The translations under genes and the position numbers were made by a program. This document shows, one piece after another, positions 1 through 6,649 of a DNA stretch of 64,000 nt. Within the stretch, counting starts at the first letter, position 1, and each line of letters starts with the position of its first letter. Below the pieces are notes generated by a model. It worked only from the letters and a program-made list of their open reading frames with translations, was not told the DNA's origin and did no database searches. The stretch lies in sequence record OP380601.1, one strand, 5' to 3'.

Positions 1-334
1 GCGTATATTTAATTTCACCTTTGGTAACTACAAAAAGGGCGGAATCTCCAACAACTTTATTGACAACAGGTACAGGGTCTATTACTTCCGGTATATGTTC
101 AACACACCCAAGCTCAAACGTATCAATTACATCATCTTCTTCAGCCTTAGAAGCTGTAACTGTATAAACCCCTACATCTGTATCTGTGAAGTTATTAAGT
201 GTTTTTGTTTTACCAGATCCAGATATTACTGAAGAATCTTTTTTCCATACAAAAGTATATCCTTCGGAAGTACCACCCGTGACGGTTGAAGTCAAAGTAG
301 TGGACTTACCTTTTACAATATAAACATAAGCCAT
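1..334 (-). CDS. Ig-like domain virion protein, possibly Hoc-like (partial, runs off window; not in ORF track)
   Basis: Hand translation MAYVYIVKGKSTTLTSTVTGGTSEGYTFVWKKD...TDTDVGVYTVTAS shows the Ig-fold core W and DxGxY motif; SD AGAGG; late promoter CTAAATA at 366-372. Confidence 0.65.
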   Translation of the reverse strand, partial: MAYVYIVKGKSTTLTSTVTGGTSEGYTFVWKKDSSVISGSGKTKTLNNFTDTDVGVYTVTASKAEEDDVIDTFELGCVEHIPEVIDPVPVVNKVVGDSALFVVTKGEIKYT

Positions 335-378
335 TTTAATTTTCCTCTTATTTTATGTTCATTGGTATTTAGGGAAAA

Positions 379-1227
379 TTATTTCTTCATTATCATAGCC
401 CAAGTTTCCGGATTTGGAATATAATCAGCAATTTTACCAACAATGGCTTTATCCAATTCAGTTGCCTTCATCGGGGCTTTACCTTGTTGTTTCACCCTAA
501 TATAGTTGGCTTCTTTGATGTAACTACCACCTTTACCAGACTTGGCAAGTTCCGAGTCAACCCCCACTTGGTTAAAGGCGATATACCAATCACCATCCGC
601 ATAGTTCTTAGCACCTTCACCCATCGCCATTAGGTTTTTAAAGGTCATTGCTGCACCTTCATGGGTAGATACTAGAATTTCAAGAGGGACTGTACGACTA
701 CGCTTATTATTCTGATCGATAGCAACATCAACTTTGTTCATAACCCATACAATATGAACGTTTTCTTTTTCATATCCAAGATCCCTAACTTGTTTTGCAA
801 TTTGAGCCATTTTACCCATATCTTTCAAGGTAACGTCAAATATAATATTGGGTTTCCGTCCTTCTGGTGCGGCAAGAACCCCATCAAACACCCGCTTATC
901 CATTTTCTTGGTAGTCTTATATTCAGACGCAAGTAGATTATGGAGAGTAGATACGTTCTCTGGCTTCTTAAGATCAAACTGAGTAATATCGTGACCGGTT
1001 TCTCGCTTGATACGAGCAGAAAGCTTTGTAGACGCCATAGCCAGTTCTTTAACGCGATCAACATCAAGAACAATACCGTCCATACCTACTAATTTCGATG
1101 TTACAAAGCCCTTACCGCTACCGGCACCGCCCGCAAGAATAAGAACGTTTCCAAATTTCGGGTATGCTTTTTTACCAAATACCATCAATTTTTCTTCCAA
1201 CTTTACAAATTCACGAAATGTTTTCAT
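379..1227 (-). CDS. Zeta-toxin-like P-loop kinase
   Basis: Walker A ILAGGAGSGKG, DVD after the P-loop, IIFDVT Walker-B-like strand, NNKRSRTVP lid; late promoter at 1256-1262. Confidence 0.7.
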   Translation of the reverse strand: MKTFREFVKLEEKLMVFGKKAYPKFGNVLILAGGAGSGKGFVTSKLVGMDGIVLDVDRVKELAMASTKLSARIKRETGHDITQFDLKKPENVSTLHNLLASEYKTTKKMDKRVFDGVLAAPEGRKPNIIFDVTLKDMGKMAQIAKQVRDLGYEKENVHIVWVMNKVDVAIDQNNKRSRTVPLEILVSTHEGAAMTFKNLMAMGEGAKNYADGDWYIAFNQVGVDSELAKSGKGGSYIKEANYIRVKQQGKAPMKATELDKAIVGKIADYIPNPETWAMIMKK

Positions 1228-1258
1228 TTTATTTTCCTTTTAGGTTGTTACTTAGTAT

Positions 1259-1555
1259 TTAGGCATCAACCCAATAAGAAAACTCCTCTATGGTTTTGAA
1301 AACCATACTTTTCTTATCTTTAAACGGAGTAACTACAATACCACTCTTCATAACCCCAATTACATATTCACATTCCATTACACACGGTTCATCAATAAAA
1401 CACGCCTTTGTGTAATAAGTTTTTATCTTTGTATATGAACCCATATCAAAAACTTTAACAACTTCATAAGAATCTTTACAAATATCAATCACACGTTGTA
1501 CATCATACATACATATTATTTTATTCCTTATTCTTATAATTTCTTTACTATACAC
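1259..1555 (-). CDS. hypothetical protein
   Basis: 98-aa ORF co-oriented with neighbours. Confidence 0.55.
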   Translation of the reverse strand: MYSKEIIRIRNKIICMYDVQRVIDICKDSYEVVKVFDMGSYTKIKTYYTKACFIDEPCVMECEYVIGVMKSGIVVTPFKDKKSMVFKTIEEFSYWVDA

Positions 1556-1561
1556 AAATAA

Positions 1562-1594
1562 AAATCCCCCGTCAATAGACGAGGGATTATTTTT
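1562..1594 (-). terminator. intrinsic terminator
   Basis: ATCCC-CCGTC/GACG-AGGGAT hairpin flanked by A/T tracts. Confidence 0.55.
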
Positions 1595-1994
1595 ATTTGA
1601 ATCGTTTTACCTTGTAGATCACTTTCTTAATAAATTCAAGTGAGTCCTCAACCGCGTTTAGAGTACCTTTAAATTCAGGTTTACCTTCTAGAATAGAAAC
1701 CAGTTCAACACCGGCATCATATAGCTTCTGTAAGACCTCTAGCGCGTCTTCTCCGGACACTTCATATGGTACATATGATAGAGTTATGTCGTTGGCTAAC
1801 GCACTCTCAGCAACTCCATCTAGATAATCATCTGGGAACTCTTTATAAAATTCATCAAGTGCCATATGCAACGCATAGTTACTTGTTACCAAATGGAGAT
1901 AATGGATCTTAGCTACGGTTTTTAAACCAATAGTAACAAATTGAGAAACCCGATCCGATATACGTTTAATATCATATTTATAAGCTATTTTCAT
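1593..1994 (-). CDS. ferritin/Dps-like four-helix protein (DUF5856-like)
   Basis: IHYLHLVTSNYALHMALDEFY...DGVAES matches the HxxH...Y AxHxALxEFY...E pattern of the phage ferritin-like family. Confidence 0.6.
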   Translation of the reverse strand: MKIAYKYDIKRISDRVSQFVTIGLKTVAKIHYLHLVTSNYALHMALDEFYKEFPDDYLDGVAESALANDITLSYVPYEVSGEDALEVLQKLYDAGVELVSILEGKPEFKGTLNAVEDSLEFIKKVIYKVKRFK

Positions 1995-2545
1995 TGCATT
2001 CCCAACTTAACTATTAATGAATCCATTTTAAAGGCGGCATAACTTATAAGGTCATAAGTTTTAACACTTTCACCGTCTTCATTTTCGAAATAAGAACAAT
2101 TTGGTTTATTTGTATATTGTCTTTGTCCATTCGTACACGTAAAATACGGTTCATCAAGAATGATCAAACTATATTTTTCTATTCTACTACCTAAAACTAC
2201 ATGGTTATATGTTCCGCGAGAATAGAACTTATTGACAAAATCACTAATTGATAACACTTGATTTTTTAAATGCGGAGCAAAAGAAACAATAGCTCTCATT
2301 GTGGCGTTATTATGAACAATATAGAGTGCATCACAATGTTGTTCAAGTAACATCAAAGCCGCTGAAGTTTTACCAGTTTGTCTACCCATATCTAAACATA
2401 CGGTTGCAAACTCAGATTGAAAAGAATGTGGGGCTAGTTGAAGTCTCATTCTACTAACATAATCGGAACTCCTAAAGAGTTTCAACTTTTTATTTATCAT
2501 ACTAACGTATTCGTCTCTAAAGAAACTGTTTGGCGATATTATCAT
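1991..2545 (-). CDS. small terminase-like P-loop NTPase
   Basis: Walker A GRQTGKTS and Walker B LIILDE in 184 aa. Confidence 0.6.
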   Translation of the reverse strand: MIISPNSFFRDEYVSMINKKLKLFRSSDYVSRMRLQLAPHSFQSEFATVCLDMGRQTGKTSAALMLLEQHCDALYIVHNNATMRAIVSFAPHLKNQVLSISDFVNKFYSRGTYNHVVLGSRIEKYSLIILDEPYFTCTNGQRQYTNKPNCSYFENEDGESVKTYDLISYAAFKMDSLIVKLGMQ

Positions 2546-2568
2546 ATCTGTTTTACCTTTTTTAGTTG

Positions 2569-2796
2569 TTAATAAGCCATTGCAAACATACGACGTTGTT
2601 TTGCTCTAAGGTCTTCATTTTCTTTCTCTTTTAGCAGATCATCAGGAGTTGCATCCAGTGATACTTGCTTGGCTTCAACCTTATCCCAAAGTGGGGAGTT
2701 GTACCATTTTTCATTTCCACCATTAGCGGAACCTCTACCCTCACGGGCATGTTTCTTTTCGTGCATCATTGCCATAGAATTAACCTCAATATTCAT
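2569..2796 (-). CDS. hypothetical protein
   Basis: 75-aa ORF in the co-oriented gene string. Confidence 0.55.
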   Translation of the reverse strand: MNIEVNSMAMMHEKKHAREGRGSANGGNEKWYNSPLWDKVEAKQVSLDATPDDLLKEKENEDLRAKQRRMFAMAY

Positions 2797-2803
2797 TATA
2801 AAG

Positions 2804-3007
2804 TTATTTAGAGCTACCTTCTGACACTTTATAAATTACACATATAGCAATACTTATAGGCCACATACATCCAGCCAAGAAGTAGTCAAACAATTCATTT
2901 ATATCAGGATATCTTTTCTGTTCAGCATCTCGGTAATCTATAAGTCCATATGCCGCCATAAACACAAAGATAAAAATAATATAAATTAATATCAAAGAAG
3001 TAATCAT
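2804..3007 (-). CDS. small membrane protein
   Basis: Two hydrophobic segments (ITSLILIYIIFIFVFMAAYGLI; FLAGCMWPISIAICVIY); SD GGAG. Confidence 0.65.
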   Translation of the reverse strand: MITSLILIYIIFIFVFMAAYGLIDYRDAEQKRYPDINELFDYFLAGCMWPISIAICVIYKVSEGSSK

Positions 3008-3034
3008 TATAAAACTCCATTATACCAGAAATGA

Positions 3035-3265
3035 AACGGGGACTATATCAAGCCAGTCAAAGCAAGATAAAGTCCCCGTTGTAATGCGCCCCTCTAGGTG
3101 AAGTTGAGAGACAACCTTTCGTGTTGTAGTAGGTCACACTACCCTCTAATAACGGGAAGCGTATGCGAGGTTATACGCCCTCTTTTCGTCTAGTGACTAT
3201 GTATGGTGTCACCACACCATTGACTACATAGTTTGACGCCGCTGGGGTATATTAATTACCCCTTA
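3035..3265 (-). ncRNA. candidate structured ncRNA A
   Basis: No ORF; six hairpins, including 10-bp perfect stem 3035-3044/3071-3080 and long stem 3196-3232. Confidence 0.45.
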
Positions 3266-3306
3266 CACTTAAAACCAATCCTCTTCGCGGATCATAAAAT
3301 GTCCTT

Positions 3307-3555
3307 TTAACTGTATTGATAACCGGAATTTGAACGTTTCTTTTCGTAATCGTCATCAACAAAAACGTCATGGTCGCCATGCAGAATGTCATGTTTCAAT
3401 TTGCGATCTCGTTGACGAGACAATACATTATATCGGTCTTTAACACCACTATCTGGACTTTTATTGTAATAATCTCCCAAGTCGCGGGTCACATCAATAC
3501 TATCGTACAATTCGTGGAGATGTTTTTCATTCTTACGGCGAACAGTTTTACCCAT
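3307..3555 (-). CDS. hypothetical protein
   Basis: 82-aa charged ORF with SD AGG. Confidence 0.55.
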   Translation of the reverse strand: MGKTVRRKNEKHLHELYDSIDVTRDLGDYYNKSPDSGVKDRYNVLSRQRDRKLKHDILHGDHDVFVDDDYEKKRSNSGYQYS

Positions 3556-3566
3556 ACCATTTTCCT

Positions 3567-3889
3567 TTATAGGCTTTTTATATACGTGATAACTCGTTTT
3601 AATATATCATCCGAATTTATTATTTCAATATCATCAAATGAATATTTTATTTTCTTAATTATAGTCTCTTTCTTCCATCCGATTTTTAATGCATCATTTA
3701 TGAAAGAATACCAATCTATAATATAACCTGAATTATACAGGGTTTCTATCATTACGTCTAACGGAACTCCATTAGTTTCATATTGATAGAACACGTTACA
3801 CAACACAGGAACACCATTGTTAGTATAACCATTTATGAAAATATTATTTTTACTTTTACGTCCTAACGGCTTGCGTTTAGCGGCGACAT
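3567..3889 (-). CDS. hypothetical protein, apparently frameshifted near its 5' end
   Basis: Open frame extends upstream of 3806 to about 3905 without ATG; SD GAGG plus ATG at 3889 is one base out of frame; YETNGVPLDV resembles the AlaRS YDTYGFPLDL helix. Confidence 0.5.
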
Positions 3890-3914
3890 ATACAACCTCA
3901 CAATTTTAGTTTAA

Positions 3915-4218
3915 CGGGATACAAATTAATGTGTCGATTTCTAGAGTCCCATACTCTTATTAGAAATCCAAAAATGATCTGGTCGCACCATCACCAGACT
4001 TAATAGCATTGGCTACCCGAGCCCACACATGTAAACCTCAAACACCCCAATGGATTACGCTTACAAGAAGGTCTTGCTCGTTACTTTACGCTTAGGCCCT
4101 GAGAAAGGGAATCTAAGCCATGTCTAATGTTTCCACTAGATACAGTCACTCTTTTACAAATACCGGTGGGCTAATTAAAGCGTCGATTCCCATAGACCGG
4201 ACTATTGACGGGAATCCA
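3915..4218 (-). ncRNA. candidate structured ncRNA B, immediately 3' of tRNA-Asp
   Basis: No ORF; hairpins at 3936-3968, 3978-3998, 4007-4052, 4090-4118, 4123-4140 and 4185-4216. Confidence 0.5.
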
Positions 4219-4221
4219 AAT

Positions 4222-4298
4222 TGGCGAGGATGACGGGACTCGAACCCGCGACCACCAACGTGACAGGCTGGTATTCTAACCAACTGAACTACATCCTC
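4222..4298 (-). tRNA. tRNA-Asp(GTC)
   Basis: GAGGATG acceptor, CTGTCAC loop, GGTTCGAGTCC, encoded CCA. Confidence 0.95.
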
Positions 4299-4303
4299 AT
4301 TTT

Positions 4304-4391
4304 TGGAGGAGAAGGAGAGATTCGAACTCTCGGAACCTTTCGGTTCACTCCCTTAGCAGGGGAGCAACTTAAACCACTCATTCACTTCTCC
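4304..4391 (-). tRNA. tRNA-Ser(GCT)
   Basis: CTGCTAA loop, long variable arm, TTCGAAT, CCA. Confidence 0.95.
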
Positions 4392-4396
4392 GAAAT

Positions 4397-4472
4397 TGGT
4401 GCCGAATGTCCGACTCGAACGGACCACCCCAGCGTTACAAAGGCTGTGCTCTACCAGATGAGCTAATTCGGC
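4397..4472 (-). tRNA. tRNA-Thr(TGT)
   Basis: TTTGTAA loop, TTCGAGT, CCA. Confidence 0.9.
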
Positions 4473-4484
4473 AGGAGGAATATA

Positions 4485-4745
4485 ATCAGGATCCGTAGAC
4501 TGTGATTACATCCTTGGTTGATACGCTATCACTAAGAGGAAGGGAAATCAACCATATTTTGTCCATCTGTTCGTAGTTTGGTTAAGGACAGTAACCTCTA
4601 GTTTCACCCTGCTAGTCAAGGGGTAGTTTCCATATCGTCTTTATACTACCAATCCCGCCTATAAATTACAAGCACTTTATAGGATATCCAGATTCTCTAT
4701 GGCTGGCTTCTTCCGGGGATATACGCCGTTATCCCGTTCTTGTGC
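4485..4745 (-). ncRNA. candidate structured ncRNA C, between tRNA-Pro and tRNA-Thr
   Basis: Seven back-to-back hairpins: 4488-4514, 4515-4554, 4560-4590, 4598-4615, 4622-4650, 4658-4683 and 4714-4736. Confidence 0.5.
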
Positions 4746-4750
4746 TAATT

Positions 4751-4828
4751 TGGTCCGTGTGGAAGGATTCGAACCTTCGATCTTCTGGTCCCAAACCAGA
4801 CGACTTAACCTGCCTAGCCTACACACGG
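4751..4828 (-). tRNA. tRNA-Pro(TGG)
   Basis: TTTGGGA loop in stem TCTGG/CCAGA, TTCGAAT, CCA. Confidence 0.95.
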
Positions 4829-4831
4829 ATA

Positions 4832-4902
4832 ATCTATTGAGTGGACTCGAACCACCAAAGTTCCGCAAACACCATCGCGGCTGCGTGTTGCCTACAATAG
4901 AT
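4832..4902 (-). ncRNA. degenerate tRNA-like element
   Basis: 8-bp acceptor-like stem ATCTATTG/CAATAGAT and T-arm GTGG-TTCGAGT-CCAC; aberrant D and anticodon arms; no CCA. Confidence 0.55.
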
Positions 4903-4904
4903 AA

Positions 4905-5110
4905 ATATATTTACCCCGTCTATATCTTCCGTTATCAGGTAAACCTATATGTCATTATATAAGCACGACCGAGGGAACTACAAAGATTCTGTCCGAGGGT
5001 TTTATCGGAACGTCTTCCAACTTCTGTTATTTGTCGGTCAAAACATCTACATTCTAACCAGCGTTGCGATTACAGGGTGTGAAACTGACTAAGAATCTAG
5101 AGCCCATAAC
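4905..5110 (-). ncRNA. candidate structured ncRNA D
   Basis: Nested stems GACCGA/TCGGTC (4967-5039) enclosing TCCGA/TCGGA, and ATTCT..AGAAT (5051-5096); no ORF. Confidence 0.35.
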
Positions 5111-5125
5111 CTAATTATAATCTAT

Positions 5126-5221
5126 TTACACATTTAACAAGAATCCACAATAACAGTCGTCATAGTCGTTACCACAAACGTTGCATGTATATGGATACTT
5201 TCTTACCTTGATTATTTTCAT
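5126..5221 (-). CDS. 31-aa Cys-rich micropeptide (CxxC...CxC)
   Basis: MKIIKVRKYPYTCNVCGNDYDDCYCGFLLNV; weak SD GAG. Confidence 0.45.
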   Translation of the reverse strand: MKIIKVRKYPYTCNVCGNDYDDCYCGFLLNV

Positions 5222-5237
5222 AAAAACTCATTAAAAT

Positions 5238-5314
5238 TGGTGGAGGATATAGGGCTCGAACCGATGACCTACTGGTTGCAAACCAGTCGCTCATTCCAAC
5301 TGAGCTAATCCCCC
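5238..5314 (-). tRNA. tRNA-Ala(TGC)
   Basis: GGGGGAT acceptor, TTTGCAA loop, CCA. Confidence 0.95.
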
Positions 5315-5319
5315 AAACT

Positions 5320-5394
5320 TGGCAGGCCCATGAGGACTTGAACCCCAGACGCACGGATTTGGAATCCGGCATGTTACCACTACACCATAGACCT
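5320..5394 (-). tRNA. tRNA-Trp(CCA)
   Basis: TTCCAAA loop, TTCAAGT, CCA. Confidence 0.95.
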
Positions 5395-5541
5395 ATTATT
5401 TTTTCGATAAACCCAGTTACTGAACGGACCTTATATTATGATCATATCCATTTCACAGCGCCAATCACTAGGACTTTATACTATTTATTGGATAAGATTT
5501 CCACAACTCCAATCATATCAATTATTAAGATTTACCAAAAC

Positions 5542-5625
5542 TGGTGGATACACTTGGATTCGAACCAAGAAGCCCGAAGGCTACGGTTTTACAGACCGCT
5601 GGCTTAACCATTTGCCTATGCATCC
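5542..5625 (-). tRNA. tRNA-Tyr(GTA)
   Basis: CTGTAAA loop, variable arm, CCA. Confidence 0.95.
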
Positions 5626-5632
5626 TATAAAC

Positions 5633-5708
5633 TGGTACATCGTGCTGGATTCGAACCAGCGACCCTGAGATTAAAAGTCCCATGCTCTACCTACTGAGCT
5701 AACGATGC
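5633..5708 (-). tRNA. tRNA-Lys(TTT)
   Basis: CTTTTAA loop, TTCGAAT, CCA. Confidence 0.95.
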
Positions 5709-5717
5709 ATTAAAACT

Positions 5718-5811
5718 TGGCGGAAGATGTGAGGATCGAACTCACAAGGCGCTATTAACGCTCGTCGGTTTTCAAGACCGATCCCGTCGCCTACCATCGG
5801 GTTGACCTTCC
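5718..5811 (-). tRNA. tRNA-Ser(TGA)
   Basis: CTTGAAA loop, long variable arm, CCA. Confidence 0.95.
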
Positions 5812-5818
5812 TAAACTT

Positions 5819-5936
5819 TTTTGTGTAACGGGACTCGAACCCGCACCATCAGGCGACTAAGGCCCGGTATTTACATACTTTTCAGTAATGGATGGAGTCG
5901 ATCCCATCATGTTCTAACCATTAAACTATACACAAA
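5819..5936 (-). ncRNA. tRNA-like RNA with the anticodon arm replaced by a ~65-nt multi-hairpin insert
   Basis: Acceptor TTTGTGT/ACACAAA, canonical D-arm TAGTTTAATGGTTAGAAC, T-arm GCGGG-TTCGAGT-CCCGT; no anticodon loop; no CCA. Confidence 0.65.
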
Positions 5937-5938
5937 TT

Positions 5939-6016
5939 TGGCTGGCGAGGTGGGACTCGAACCCACGACCTACGGTTTAACAGACCGTTGCTACTAACCA
6001 ACTGAGCTACACGCCA
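5939..6016 (-). tRNA. tRNA-Asn(GTT)
   Basis: CTGTTAA loop, TTCGAGT, CCA. Confidence 0.95.
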
Positions 6017-6066
6017 TACTAGTTCACGTTTCTTATCTGTTCATGATTTATGAACGTGAACACTAA

Positions 6067-6142
6067 AGGTTGCGAGTGGCTGATTCGAACAGCCGACCTA
6101 CAGGTAATGAGCCTGTCGAGATGACCACTTCTCCAACTCGCA
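6067..6142 (-). tRNA. tRNA-Met(CAT), probable initiator type
   Basis: TGCGAGT/ACTCGCA acceptor, CTCATTA loop; 3' end encodes ACCT rather than ACCA. Confidence 0.85.
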
Positions 6143-6152
6143 AGAATATTTA

Positions 6153-6385
6153 TAGTGTAACTGGTATCCCGAAAATTATAGCAAGTTAATTCAGATAACC
6201 CCGAAATACTCTTCTTACACTAATATTTAGGGTAGTCTTTTACCCTTCATGAGTCTTAGTCATTACGACTTGGCTACATACGCGCATCAACACCCCTTTT
6301 ATAATTTTAAAAGCTAGGGGACTCATACCAGCTTTATTGTTATCGTAAGGTCAATGACCATTAAATTCATGAGAGCTTACGACAT
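6153..6385 (-). ncRNA. candidate structured ncRNA E (possible pseudoknot)
   Basis: Stems 6153-6160/6215-6222, 6161-6167/6325-6331 (crossing), 6249-6255/6320-6326, 6258-6270 and 6343-6349/6376-6382. Confidence 0.45.
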
Positions 6386-6390
6386 TAATT

Positions 6391-6468
6391 TGGTGGGCCT
6401 ACCCGAGATTCGAACCGAGAACCGATCAGTTATGAGCTGATTGCACTCACCAATTGTGCTATAGGCCC
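6391..6468 (-). tRNA. tRNA(CAT), probably Ile2 (lysidine type)
   Basis: CTCATAA loop; GGGCCTA acceptor with C4/C5 as in TilS substrates; 1-nt bulge in the T-stem; CCA. Confidence 0.8.
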
Positions 6469-6476
6469 TTTAATTT

Positions 6477-6552
6477 TGGAGCGGGTAACGTGACTCGAAC
6501 ACGCGACATTCTGATTGGAAATCAGAAGCTCTACCAACTGAGCTACACCCGC
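6477..6552 (-). tRNA. tRNA-Gly(TCC)
   Basis: TTTCCAA loop, CCA. Confidence 0.95.
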
Positions 6553-6559
6553 ATAAATC

Positions 6560-6643
6560 TGGTGGGGATGGACGGACTCGAACCGTCACGCTATAAGCGC
6601 CAGAACCTAAATCTGGTGTGTCTGCCAATTTCACCACATCCCC
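6560..6643 (-). tRNA. tRNA-Leu(TAG)
   Basis: TTTAGGT loop, variable arm, CCA. Confidence 0.95.
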
Positions 6644-6649
6644 GAATTT

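Noticed and set aside
3040-3049. GATATAGTCC identical to the group I intron S element
   Set aside because: It is one arm of a local hairpin; no P, Q or R elements and no interrupted gene
4089-4099. GGGCCTAAGCG resembling the pistol ribozyme core
   Set aside because: The conserved UUAAAUA linker and P1 pseudoknot partner are missing; no hammerhead CUGANGA/GAAA pair was found either
4181-4191. GGGAATCGACG resembling the tmRNA 5' GGATTCGAC motif
   Set aside because: No tRNA-like 3' end with T-loop and CCA, no acceptor stem and no plausible tag ORF
5718-5811. tRNA with anticodon TGA as a possible suppressor or Sec tRNA
   Set aside because: Anticodon UGA reads UCA (Ser); no CTA, TTA or TCA anticodons occur, and genes use standard stops
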